From an uncultured delta proteobacterium (GTDB lineage Bacteria > Desulfobacterota > Desulfomonilia > Desulfomonilales > Desulfomonilaceae): a stretch of 64,000 nt of DNA. The stretch is from the NCBI GenBank assembly GCA_963789265.1, contig CAWBKB010000001.1, forward strand, positions 2,176,001 through 2,240,000, in the 5' to 3' direction. The notes under the pieces are model-generated. The model was not told where the DNA came from and did no database searches. It was given only the letters and a program-made list of their open reading frames with translations. Positions within the stretch are counted from its first letter, which is position 1. Each line of letters begins with the position of its first letter. Position numbers and translations under genes: made by a program. Shown here piece by piece: positions 10,318-19,706 of the stretch.

Positions 10318-10527
10318 ATGAAACTTAGTATAAGAAACGCAATTAAGGGTAAAATTGCGGCAGTTACAGAAGGCATGGCAGTGGCTACGGTAAAGGTGGA
10401 TATTGGTGACGGGAAGTCAATTACTTCCGTGGTGACCATGGACGCGGTCAAGGACCTGGGAATAAAAGTCGGAGATGATGTCACTGTTCTGGTGAAGGCA
10501 ACCAATGTAATGCTGGCCAAAGATTAG
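10318..10527 (+). CDS. mop: Molybdate-binding Mop/TOBE protein (molbindin)
   Basis: MKLSIRN...VKATNV signature, 69 aa, RBS AAGGAG. Confidence 0.9.
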   Translation: MKLSIRNAIKGKIAAVTEGMAVATVKVDIGDGKSITSVVTMDAVKDLGIKVGDDVTVLVKATNVMLAKD

Positions 10528-10670
10528 CGGTGACTGCGAAGGGGGCTTGAATTGCGCTGGGATCTGCAAGGGTGACTAATTGCGCGCGGGAGCATGATTA
10601 GACCCTTTCGATATACTTCGTTGGTCATCCCCCGTGAGTTGCATAAAGTTTAGGAGTGGGGCTAGGCCTT

Positions 10671-11063
10671 TCAACGGCACTTCCGCGGATGACGCGGGAT
10701 TTCCTGTATCCACTTGGTGCAGAATCGTTCGGGTGAAACCGGCAATTGAAAGATGCACCTGGGCGATACAACTTTCTCACACAGCCTTCGTGGAGCAACG
10801 GGAGGGCGACACACTCTCTCAGGAACTACAACACCTCCGCAGATTCGCCGAGGAGCCACAGGCGAAGTGCATATCCTTCGCGGTGCTACGACTTGGGTAC
10901 AGATCCTCTCGGGAGTTACCGGCAAACTACAGATATTGGCGGGAGCCACTACGACGGCACATTCAGTGGCGGGCTTGCACGTTCCAGTGAAACAATTCCA
11001 ACACTGGGCTTCACCTGAAAAGACCAGAAGCAATCCGGCCAATGCTATAACCAGTTGCCGCAT
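10671..11063 (-). CDS. Secreted small protein with ~9 tandem Cys-containing decapeptide repeats
   Basis: RBS GGGGAG, signal peptide MRQLVIALAGLLLVFSGEA, repeats of (I/V/L)CxxxVxPxR. Confidence 0.7.
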   Translation of the reverse strand: MRQLVIALAGLLLVFSGEAQCWNCFTGTCKPATECAVVVAPANICSLPVTPERICTQVVAPRRICTSPVAPRRICGGVVVPERVCRPPVAPRRLCEKVVSPRCIFQLPVSPERFCTKWIQEIPRHPRKCR

Positions 11064-11166
11064 ACATCAACTCCCCAATCAGAAATCGAGCACTCAGCCC
11101 TTGTGGAAATTGTGGCGCATATTAGCACGATTTCGGCTCGTCCGCAATGCTTTAGAAGTTCATGCT

Positions 11167-11503
11167 GTAACCATTCAGTCTTGTGGGGCAGGCTTTCCGA
11201 AAGTGTCTCAAAACTAACTTGATGCCCAACATCGTGCCCCGATTAGGTCTCATTCGTACAGTCGTTGCCCTCACCCCAACCCTCTCCCAGAGGGAGAGGG
11301 AGCCGTACCAAAGAGGCTATTGGAGTCCCCTCGCCCTTTGGGAGAGGGTCAGGGTGAGGGGATTTCGTGTTACGATTTCGTCCTGTTCAGGGGGTTTTGA
11401 GACAGTTTCTTCCAACCTGCCGAGGAAACCTCTGTTCAGTGGCCGGCTGGAAAGCCCACCCCACGAAGCCATCCGCAACTTCCGGCTGTAACTGAATGCT
11501 TAC
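11167..11503. mobile_element. MITE family A (IS66-like) hosting a nested family B MITE
   Basis: gtaaccattcag...ctgaatgcttac with perfect 8-bp TSD TTCATGCT (11159-11166, 11504-11511). Confidence 0.88.
11199..11409 (+). mobile_element. MITE family B (15-bp TIR GAAACTGTCTCAAAA, 4-bp TSD)
   Basis: TSD TTCC on both sides; inserted in the ggcaggctttcc-aacctgcc hairpin; carries ccctcacccc..ccctctccc..gggagaggg REP cargo. Confidence 0.88.
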
Positions 11504-11509
11504 TTCATG

Positions 11510-12145
11510 CTACCGACGGTGCACCGTAAAGAGGCTTATCTCCTGCTCCGGAAATCCGGCCACGGCAACCGTGGACCGCTTTTCAGCACATCGGAAGCCC
11601 GCATCAATCATGCGCCCGACGAAGCGACTAACCGCAAGCCTCTTTCTATCGGCAAGAATTATGCGGCCGCCGGATTTGAGTAACCGCGGGAAGAGTTTGA
11701 TAAGCGATCCGTGACAAAAGTAGTCGTAGAGGATTTCAGAACCGCATACTATGTCGAAAGGTTCCGTATTGCGAGGATCCTCCCAGTCGAGGAGAGCGAA
11801 TCCGGCCGCCTGTTCGATTAGTCCGTTGGCTTTTGCATTCATGGATGCGAATTGCAATGCCTCGGGGACATAATCCGTGAACAGAACCTCAGCGCCACGC
11901 AAGCCCGCGGTTATGCCGGCAAGTCCCAATCCGCAGCCCAGCTCTACCACACGCTGCCCCTGGAGCGACCGGCCGGCCTCCAGATATCGAGCAAGGGCGA
12001 TTGCAGCGGAGGTGATTCCCCACCAGAATGAAATGCGCGAACCTGGTTCCTCCCGGTGCTGCGGGGCAAACATTCGCACGCGGAGGCACCCCACACGAAT
12101 GGAAAGTTCATCCACAGTGGAATTTGAGAACACATCAGTTTGCAT
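11510..12145 (-). CDS. Class I SAM methyltransferase, METTL21/Methyltransf_16-like (putative protein methyltransferase)
   Basis: FWWGITSAAIALARYL, VVELGCGLGLAG, FTDY, LDW and GSEILY motifs. Start uncertain. Confidence 0.8.
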   Translation of the reverse strand: MQTDVFSNSTVDELSIRVGCLRVRMFAPQHREEPGSRISFWWGITSAAIALARYLEAGRSLQGQRVVELGCGLGLAGITAGLRGAEVLFTDYVPEALQFASMNAKANGLIEQAAGFALLDWEDPRNTEPFDIVCGSEILYDYFCHGSLIKLFPRLLKSGGRIILADRKRLAVSRFVGRMIDAGFRCAEKRSTVAVAGFPEQEISLFTVHRR

Positions 12146-12249
12146 TTCTCTATGATATGATAATAGCCCGCGTTGATTCAACGCATGAGAAGAATGAAGT
12201 CTTCGCCCGCATAAGCTACGCTACGTTACGAATCTGGAGAGACAGACTA

Positions 12250-13107
12250 ATGCGGAGTCTCCGTGTAACCACTCCGGCAAAGATAAATCTTTTCTTAAGA
12301 GTCCTGGCTCGCCGGCCCGATGGATTCCACGACATCGAGACCCTGTTCCAGGCCATCGATCTGTACGACGAGCTTGTCATTGAAGAGACCACAGGCACCG
12401 GCAGTTTGCGGGTTCCGGGTCGGCCCGAGCTTGAGTCCGAAGAGAACCTGATAATGCGTGCCTTACGGTGGCTCGAGCAGAAGACCGGTCAAGCGCTTCC
12501 CGTAAGGATTAAACTCGATAAGCGAATTCCGGTGGCTGCCGGACTCGGTGGAGGCAGTTCCGATGCCGCGGCAACCCTGGTGGGCGTTCGGTCCCTCTTC
12601 GGGTTGGACGTTGAGGATGAGGATCTTCGTCAAGGCGCCGTGGGGTTGGGCGCGGACGTGCCGTTCTTTCTTATGGGAGGTTCCGCTGTGGGGGAAGGCG
12701 TGGGTGAACGTCTGACTCCGGTGAACTTGCCCATGAATTACGGTGTCGTATTGGTATGTCCGGATTTTCAGGTATCGACAGGAGTCATCTTTCAGGAATT
12801 CTCCAAGATCTTGACAGAGGAAGGGAGGGAAGGTACATTGTGGCCCAGCCTGCAACAGGCCGCCAGAGTTGAAGATTTGCTTCATAATGATTTGCAATCC
12901 GTGACTGAGGGGAGGCATCCGGAACTTGCAGAAATACGGCGGTCAATGGAAAATGCCGGGTTCAAGGCGATCCTGATGAGCGGAAGCGGTCCCACGTTAT
13001 TCGGGCTGGCCGAACGAGCCGAGGTGGACTACATCAAACGACGCCTGCCGCCGGAACTTAAGACACTTGCGGCCCGACCTGTGCGTCGCGGCATAGTGTT
13101 ACATTGA
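12250..13107 (+). CDS. ispE: 4-diphosphocytidyl-2-C-methyl-D-erythritol kinase
   Basis: PAKINLFL, KRIPVAAGLGGGSSDAA, GADVPFF, MSGSGPT; followed by tRNA-Gln. Confidence 0.96.
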   Translation: MRSLRVTTPAKINLFLRVLARRPDGFHDIETLFQAIDLYDELVIEETTGTGSLRVPGRPELESEENLIMRALRWLEQKTGQALPVRIKLDKRIPVAAGLGGGSSDAAATLVGVRSLFGLDVEDEDLRQGAVGLGADVPFFLMGGSAVGEGVGERLTPVNLPMNYGVVLVCPDFQVSTGVIFQEFSKILTEEGREGTLWPSLQQAARVEDLLHNDLQSVTEGRHPELAEIRRSMENAGFKAILMSGSGPTLFGLAERAEVDYIKRRLPPELKTLAARPVRRGIVLH

Positions 13108-13155
13108 GCGGCCCGTCGACATCATCAAGAGTCGAACTCCATCCAAGGGGACTAC

Positions 13156-13230
13156 TGGGGCGTCGTCAAGTGGCAAGACACGGGTCTTTGGAACCCGCAT
13201 TCGGAGGTTCGAATCCTCCCGCCCCAGCCA
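13156..13230 (+). tRNA. tRNA-Gln(TTG)
   Basis: Cloverleaf: acceptor tggggcg/cgcccca, anticodon arm cgggt-ctTTGga-acccg, T-loop GGTTCGAATCC, 3' CCA. Confidence 0.97.
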
Positions 13231-13717
13231 ACAACATATTGTCATCATTGAAAGTGAACCCCTGAAAAGTTGTATGCATTTTGTACGCAAATTTTTTCGG
13301 GGGTTCTTCGTTCCAGGAATTATCCTGCCCAAAATATCCTTGTCCATGTCTTATTCCCGCCAGCATGATGAAGTCTTACAGATTTGGGGAAAGTATAAGT
13401 AATGCTTATGCTTCGGCGAAGACGGAGACCGATCCACACGGAATAATAGAAAAATCAGGCGGGTTCCCTCTCGTCTAACTGATAAAGCTAATGGGGGAAA
13501 ATGCTCCTTACTTGACTTTGTTTCGTGTTCCCCGCCGCTCGGGAAAAAATACCCCCAACGAGTTAGGAGATAGTTGGGGGCTACAAGTATGGCTACGAAA
13601 CAAGTCTTCGTGTCGCTATATCGTCTCAGGCGCTTCCTAAAACGGAAACGCCGTTGGCGATCTGTGAAGTCAAAAAAGTCTTTAATTCTAGTACGTGACC
13701 TCCTCCTTCTGGACCAC

Positions 13718-14689
13718 TCAAAATGCGTAGAGAAAAGAGAGACCACCGGCAAGAACATATGACGTAAAGGTCCCAGAGGCCTCCCCGGAGTTGTTAAACG
13801 AAACAAAAGGATTGCTTTGCGCCCCCTGAAAATTTTCACTCCCACTGCCACGAATTGAACACCAGCTCCCCTTGAACCACAAATTGCACGCCACATTCGC
13901 GGACGCTTGGACCCGGTAATCGCAAGTGCCCTCAAAGGAGATACCCCCGCGCTTAAAGCTGTACTGCCAACCCGCGACTTCGGCGACCAGTGGCGTGAAT
14001 GTTGCAAATAAACTGAACGGAATCTGCACGTCGGCCCACGTGTACGGGCTGAAGATAAGGGTGCTGGTGAAATTCATGCCATCGACGCGCAACCCGAAGT
14101 ACGGCACCCAGAGCTTTGTAAGCACATCCGAGGAGTAACCGGAGGGAAGATTCATCACAAGAAACTGGTTCAGCGCGCCACTTTGATCCTCGGGCTCTGC
14201 GAGTCCCATAGACAACTGTTCCGCTTTGACGCCCCCGACAACGGCAAAATTGCTACTGATGTCAAATGCGCCTCCGCCCCCGACACTCCACCATTGAAAG
14301 CGAGTTCCTTTCCAGTTTACGGTGGTAGGAGCCGGGCTCGGCAAGGATGGTGTGGTGACGCTAACCGATTGACTCGCGTTTCCCTCCGCGGAGAGGAATA
14401 GAGAGACCCCTCCTAGACGTGCATCGACCCGTAGGCCGCCGACCCAGACATTGGCGTCCTGCAATTTGAAGTCGAGGGGGTATAAGCTCACTAAAGGTGC
14501 CAATGGAACCGGCAGGGTCATATTGACGGCCATATGTTGGTACCCGACCCTGAGTGACGGCACAACCTGAACACCCCCCACATTGGAAACGCTCATGCCC
14601 TGAAAGGGAAGCAGTCCCTGCGCCGTACAAATTGCCGGAACACAGAGAACCAACACAAGAGCCCACACCCGACCCATACTCCTCCCCAT
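13718..14689 (-). CDS. Putative outer-membrane beta-barrel protein
   Basis: RBS AGGAGG, signal peptide, alternating amphipathic strands, C-terminal LYAF beta-signal. Confidence 0.7.
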   Translation of the reverse strand: MGRSMGRVWALVLVLCVPAICTAQGLLPFQGMSVSNVGGVQVVPSLRVGYQHMAVNMTLPVPLAPLVSLYPLDFKLQDANVWVGGLRVDARLGGVSLFLSAEGNASQSVSVTTPSLPSPAPTTVNWKGTRFQWWSVGGGGAFDISSNFAVVGGVKAEQLSMGLAEPEDQSGALNQFLVMNLPSGYSSDVLTKLWVPYFGLRVDGMNFTSTLIFSPYTWADVQIPFSLFATFTPLVAEVAGWQYSFKRGGISFEGTCDYRVQASANVACNLWFKGSWCSIRGSGSENFQGAQSNPFVSFNNSGEASGTFTSYVLAGGLSFLYAF

Positions 14690-15169
14690 AACTTACCTCC
14701 TGGCAAGCCGAACGCTCGACGACCGACTTCGTCGTAGCTTAAAAATAGAACGAGATACTGTAACATGTCCTTTATACTGTGGAACCCCGGCTCTGTCAAG
14801 GAATTCTTGCAGGTGTCCGCTCTGCCCTCTGACGGTGTAGTGAAAAGCAAGCGGTCATAGCAGGTCCTTTGACCTTTCATATAGAAGGTCTCCTGTTCAT
14901 TTCAGCCGAAATTAATTGGGCAACCCATGACCAGGCAGGCTCCCGGAAGTTCGTCGCAATAGACCGCGCTCACACTTCAAGCCCATTCACAAAACACAAC
15001 GGATCTTGCAGAAATTAGAGTTTGTCCGGCAATGAGGCCAAGCGAGGGGGGAAGGTCCATCCCGGCAACTATGACACCCTTTCTGTGGGATGCCACGAGC
15101 CGGGACAGACAGTTTCGCCGCTCTGCCCCTAGACTACCGAAGGCAAAGAGCGGCGGCTTTGGGTGGCGA

Positions 15170-15490
15170 TTATGGGAGAGCCTCGGAAAAGACCGTCTCA
15201 AGCGGTCTTTTTGGATTTGCCACAGGCACAGGGTGGAAGAAGGGGCTGAGCTGGGCGATGTCCGGAGTATTCTTGCCGGTCCCAGCGGCCCTTTCTGCTT
15301 GGTCCACGGCGCTAAAGCAATTATTAGCACCTATCTTGTACCACCCATATGACGGAATCCCGTTAGTGACTCCGACTTGTCCGGTCATATTTCGAACCAC
15401 GCAGTATCTAGCTGCGTAGACTGACGGCGCAACCACTGCTGTCACTGCAATTAACGCCACAAGGGCTAACCCGAGTTTGGTCATTGTCAA
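15170..15490 (-). CDS. Small secreted hypothetical protein
   Basis: RBS AAGGAG, signal peptide ending VYA-A, two Cys in the mature part. Confidence 0.65.
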   Translation of the reverse strand: MTMTKLGLALVALIAVTAVVAPSVYAARYCVVRNMTGQVGVTNGIPSYGWYKIGANNCFSAVDQAERAAGTGKNTPDIAQLSPFFHPVPVANPKRPLETVFSEALP

Positions 15491-15869
15491 ATTCTCCTTT
15501 TATGGCAATTATCACGGTGGCGTCACCGCTTCTACTCATAAATAGATGCGCCTCCTCACAAAAGGATCCACACTTTTTCATACGCAAGATACCTGGAAAT
15601 AGCAGTAGCTAGGAGATTGGTGAGACGATTCCTGAATACGATTTTCAATCGTGCATTCACGTCATTCCCGAGGAACGCCGACTCCAGCAAGAAATTCACC
15701 TCGAATCGCGAACGCCATATTGAGCGGTAATCCCCAAACGAGAAAAAGCCCACGGCGAAACCGACGGGCTGCACTCATTAATTGCTGGCTGTCATCAATG
15801 AGGCTATCAATAAACGGCTGTATAATACCATAAATACAGGTAAAAAGCAACGATAATCTGCGTGACTCT

Positions 15870-16083
15870 ATAACCATTCACTTGCGAGCGGCGAAAGATT
15901 GTCATTGCGAGTCCCGCGGGAAAGCAATCCATTCCTTTAAACGCCACTTAGATTGCCGGTGGGACGTCCCGCGCGGAACGCGGGATTGCCCGTCATCCCT
16001 AATAGACAGGCTGGAAGCCTGTCCCACCATGCACTCCTCGCAATGACAAGGGGCAGAAGACCCGCGCGTGAGTGCATGGTTAC
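15870..16083. mobile_element. MITE family A (IS66-like)
   Basis: ataaccattcac...gtgcatggttac with perfect 8-bp TSD GTGACTCT (15862-15869, 16084-16091). Homologous to 7019-7165 but with extra internal hairpins. Confidence 0.85.
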
Positions 16084-16089
16084 GTGACT

Positions 16090-16701
16090 CTACTTATGCA
16101 TGCAGTGCCGCCTCAGGGCTGATTCGGGCACCGCCCCTTCACGAAGCACCCTAAAATCGCCATCCAGAGGTTCTACGATCGTGGATGGTTTCCCCCCCGG
16201 CGTGGGGCCCAAATCCAGGACCAGATCGACAGCCTCACGGACCTCTTCGGCAATCTTCGAAACTTCATCCGGGTCAATTTCATGCGAGAGGTTCGCACTG
16301 GTGGCGGTCACCCATCCACCTGCCATAGCTGCGACGATTCGGGCTGAGCATTCGGGAGGGACCCTGACCCCGATCTTACCGGTAGAGCCTGTCAATAGCT
16401 CGGAAATCTGTCGGCAGGGCTCCAGAAGTACCGTGAGACTGCCGGGCCAGAACCGATCTGTGAGCTTACGGGTCAGAGATGACATCGGGCAAATCACATC
16501 GTTTACCGCGGCCTCGTCGCTTGCAATAAGTGGCAGCGGCTTTACTAGGGCTCTGCGTTTGACGTCAAAGATTCTTCGTACCGCCTGGTCGTCAAAGGGG
16601 TTTGCTGCCAGGGCGTAAAACGTTTCCGTGGGCAGAATGACCAGCCCACCGGAGAGAATAATCTCGGCGGCTCGGCGATGGAGAGATTCTGACTCAGACA
16701 T
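16090..16701 (-). CDS. tsaC: L-threonylcarbamoyladenylate synthase (YrdC/Sua5 family)
   Basis: PTETFYAL, KxR..KPL, FWPGSLT, TSANLS and PSTIV motifs. Confidence 0.92.
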   Translation of the reverse strand: MSESESLHRRAAEIILSGGLVILPTETFYALAANPFDDQAVRRIFDVKRRALVKPLPLIASDEAAVNDVICPMSSLTRKLTDRFWPGSLTVLLEPCRQISELLTGSTGKIGVRVPPECSARIVAAMAGGWVTATSANLSHEIDPDEVSKIAEEVREAVDLVLDLGPTPGGKPSTIVEPLDGDFRVLREGAVPESALRRHCMHK

Positions 16702-16852
16702 TTTGTCCTTGAACCTGACGCGCCGGGTGGATGCCACGGTTACACTATGGATGCTCGACAAATTACCCTGTTTGATAAATTCGGCCCCGTATTCTTTGAT
16801 TCAAGACAATGAGAGAGAGTTCGAGATCGCCGTAATGGTGGGACAGGCATCT

Positions 16853-17060
16853 GAAACTGTCTCAAAACCCTTGAACACGACGACATCGTAACACGAATGC
16901 CCCTTTTCCCCGGCAATGAATTACCGGGCTACTGTCCCCGGTCCCTACGGGACGCCGGCATTTGAGCCCCATTGGGGCGATTGAGAGTAGACCGGTACTT
17001 TAGTGCCGGGCAGCCATCGTGGCACGATGCTCGGCATCAACATAGTTTTGAGACAGTTTC
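16853..17060 (-). mobile_element. MITE family B, opposite orientation, different internal cargo
   Basis: Perfect TIR GAAACTGTCTCAAAAC, TSD ATCT (16849-16852, 17061-17064), inserted in a gacaggcatct-tgcctgtc hairpin. Confidence 0.88.
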
Positions 17061-17133
17061 ATCTTGCCTGTCTATAGGGAATGACAGGCAAGATGCCTGT
17101 CCCACGACACCTCAATGCTGAGAAATAATCCCT

Positions 17134-19335
17134 TTACCGCTTTTTTACAGGCAGCTCGATGACAAACTTCGCGCCGCCTTCAGCATTGTCCTTAACCCTT
17201 ATAAAGCCGTGGTGGTCTGAGACAATGGTGCTCACTATGGTCAACCCCAGTCCTGTCCCCCCGAGTTTTCTCGAGAAATAGGGCTCAAAGACACGGTCTC
17301 GGTCCCTGGGATCGATGCCGCCGCCGTTGTCATCCACCTCGATGGAGGCTATTGAAAGATCCGCATCGTAGGCCGTGCCGACCGATACACTTCCATTGTC
17401 CCTCGCTGCCGCGGCTGCATTGTCGAGCAGATTCATCATGGCTCTCTTGATCTGCTCCCCGTCCAGGTCGAAAACCGGCATCAATGGATCGGGACTGAAA
17501 CAGAACTTTATACTATCGTTTGCAGGTCTATATAGATTAACCACTTCCTGGATCAGAGAGTTCAAGTCATTGGGGACCGGATTCGCCGACGGCATCCGTG
17601 CGAATTTCGAGAATTCGTTTACCATGTTCTTCAGTTGCTCGACTTGATCGATAATGGTCCGAGTACACTGGTCCAAGATAGTTGTGTCGTTTCCAAGTAA
17701 GCCCATGTACTTTCGTCTGATCCGCTGAGCGTTTAGCTGAATCGGTGTCAACGGGTTCTTGATCTCGTGTGCGATCCTTCTGGCGACCTCTCTCCACGCT
17801 GCCATGCGCTGGGCTTTGACCAGATAGGTCATGTCCTCGAAAACTAGAACTACGCCCAGGCCCCGACCATCTTCATCCTTCAGGCTATTTGCGAAACACA
17901 TCAACGATAACGCCTTTTCAGGGAAAGAAATAGTGATTTCGCGGTCGATGGTGCCAGCTTCTGAGGCAGTAACATGTTCCAGAATTTCTACCACGGGAAT
18001 CGCAGAAACCGCGGGAAGCACCTCCAGGAGCGGTCGGCCGAGTTGTTTCATTTCTATGATGCCGAGGAGTCTTACTGCGGAATTATTTATGGTGGTCACT
18101 TTTCCTTCTGCATCGACAGATAACACTCCCGCGGCTACATTTTTCAGGACAGTCTCCATGTACTTTCGGCGACTCTCGAGATCTGTGTTGACTCTGATGA
18201 GTTCGCTGCGGCCTTTTCGCAAGTCGGCCGTCATCTTGTTGAAAGACCGGACCAGAACGCCAAGTTCGTCATCTGCCGTGGGCTCGATATAGACATCGAG
18301 GTCGCCGGCCGCAATCTTCTCGGTTCCTTGTGCCAAACCAAGGATCGGATCGGTGATGTCCCTTGCTATCGTCATGCCGAACCAGAAACCGATAAAGATC
18401 ACGAGCAACGCCACCATGAGCAGAATGAGCACATAGATGGTCTTTACCGGACCTTTCATCCTTTTGGCCTCTTCGTAATCGCCAAACGCGTTTGATATCG
18501 AGAACAGCCGGCTCGCCAGCGAGGTGGGTAGGTAATAATCCACAACCAGCGCCGCTTCAACTGACCCGGTCTTATCATTTCTTATAGGAGCGATTCCGCG
18601 GATTAGATCGCTGCCCCCGTCCAGGGGGATTATCTTTGAAGTCTTGTCGCCGTGGAAACCGATCTTCAGAAAACTGTGCTCAGGGGACGGGATTGATATA
18701 TGCTTCAGAGCCGGATCTTTTCTGACGATTGGTGCGGACCCATCACGATAGTGAATCTGGACCGAGCCAAGGCCCTCAGCGACACGCCAGGTCTCGATGG
18801 TCGATCCAAGTGCTGCACGTTGCGATTCGGCAAGCTCCGAGCTGGATGTCACGCGGGCGGCCAGTTTGTCAGCCGCAGAGAGCACTTTTTCCGAAGCGCT
18901 CTGATAATAGGCCTGTGCCACAACCAGTGCGGATTGAAGGGATTCTTCGACCTGGGCTGTGAACCAGCTTTCGATGGTTGTATGGAGGACACCGGCACTC
19001 GTTATGAAGAGCACCACAGTCGGCACCAGCGTCAAAGCCACAAAGGCCAGCGTCAGTCGAGTCTTGAGCCGCGAACCGAGCACTCGTCTGCGCCGTTCAA
19101 AGACCAACTTGAAGAAATTGCGAATAAGGAAAAAAATTACCAGGATCAACAGGAGAGTTACTATCGACAACAGAGCAAAAATAAGAAGGTGTCCGGCAAA
19201 GGGTATGTCTTCAGAGGACCGGGCGATTTCCGACTCCACAAAGAAGATCGCGGCTATCAGAATCGAAGCCGCCAAAGCGACAACAAGTTCGCGCCGCCTC
19301 TTTTTCTTTTTCAGCTCTGGACCGGGAGATTTCAC
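17134..19335 (-). CDS. NtrY-like membrane sensor histidine kinase (HAMP-PAS-HisKA-HATPase)
   Basis: AWREVARRIAHEIKNPLTPIQL H-box; DNGGG and GTGLGL G-boxes; N-terminal TMs. Confidence 0.92.
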   Translation of the reverse strand: MKSPGPELKKKKRRRELVVALAASILIAAIFFVESEIARSSEDIPFAGHLLIFALLSIVTLLLILVIFFLIRNFFKLVFERRRRVLGSRLKTRLTLAFVALTLVPTVVLFITSAGVLHTTIESWFTAQVEESLQSALVVAQAYYQSASEKVLSAADKLAARVTSSSELAESQRAALGSTIETWRVAEGLGSVQIHYRDGSAPIVRKDPALKHISIPSPEHSFLKIGFHGDKTSKIIPLDGGSDLIRGIAPIRNDKTGSVEAALVVDYYLPTSLASRLFSISNAFGDYEEAKRMKGPVKTIYVLILLMVALLVIFIGFWFGMTIARDITDPILGLAQGTEKIAAGDLDVYIEPTADDELGVLVRSFNKMTADLRKGRSELIRVNTDLESRRKYMETVLKNVAAGVLSVDAEGKVTTINNSAVRLLGIIEMKQLGRPLLEVLPAVSAIPVVEILEHVTASEAGTIDREITISFPEKALSLMCFANSLKDEDGRGLGVVLVFEDMTYLVKAQRMAAWREVARRIAHEIKNPLTPIQLNAQRIRRKYMGLLGNDTTILDQCTRTIIDQVEQLKNMVNEFSKFARMPSANPVPNDLNSLIQEVVNLYRPANDSIKFCFSPDPLMPVFDLDGEQIKRAMMNLLDNAAAAARDNGSVSVGTAYDADLSIASIEVDDNGGGIDPRDRDRVFEPYFSRKLGGTGLGLTIVSTIVSDHHGFIRVKDNAEGGAKFVIELPVKKR

Positions 19336-19706
19336 TCGCCTTGTCCTGTCATCTCAGCCAGTTTGTTATCGTCAAACCCGAAATGGTGACCCACCTCATG
19401 TATTAACACGTCGCGAAGCGTGTCAACCACGTTTTCAAGTCGCCCGGCCGCACGAATGATAGGTCGACGGAAAAGGTATATCCGTTCCGGAAGACCGTCC
19501 ACTGCAAAGAAACTTCTCTGCGTAATCGGAGCTCCAACGTACAAGCCAAGCAAATGCCAAGGGGACTTCACCCCTACTGACTCAAGTGTTTCACTGTCGG
19601 CGAAATCTTCCACTATTATCTCGACATTTTCCATCTTGGCGCGAAATTCGTCAGGCAACTCTTCCAGTGCCTGGGCCACATGCTTGCGAAAAAGCTCTGG
19701 ATTCAC
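19332..19706 (-). CDS. Zincin-like metallopeptidase family protein
   Basis: LLGLYVG, PERIYLFRRPI and HEVGHHFG motifs. Start uncertain (GTG 19706 or ATG 19736). Confidence 0.85.
   Translation of the reverse strand: MNPELFRKHVAQALEELPDEFRAKMENVEIIVEDFADSETLESVGVKSPWHLLGLYVGAPITQRSFFAVDGLPERIYLFRRPIIRAAGRLENVVDTLRDVLIHEVGHHFGFDDNKLAEMTGQGE

Noticed and set aside
10740..10960. 30-bp periodicity as a CRISPR array
   Set aside because: No constant repeat with unique spacers and no cas genes; the periodicity is explained by the decapeptide protein repeat.
10753..11217. Plus-strand ORF with ILSG.TG-like repeats
   Set aside because: Antisense shadow of the minus-strand gene, which has the RBS and signal peptide; this ORF runs into a MITE.
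11183..11491. ORFs with ALTPTLSQRERE (also 46589-46931) and other short ORFs at 60-284, 2050-2693 and 53376-53681
   Set aside because: These are translations of palindromic MITE/REP DNA, not proteins.
13230..15870. Integrative element at tRNA-Gln
   Set aside because: No integrase, phage or conjugation genes, and no duplicated tRNA 3' end was found.
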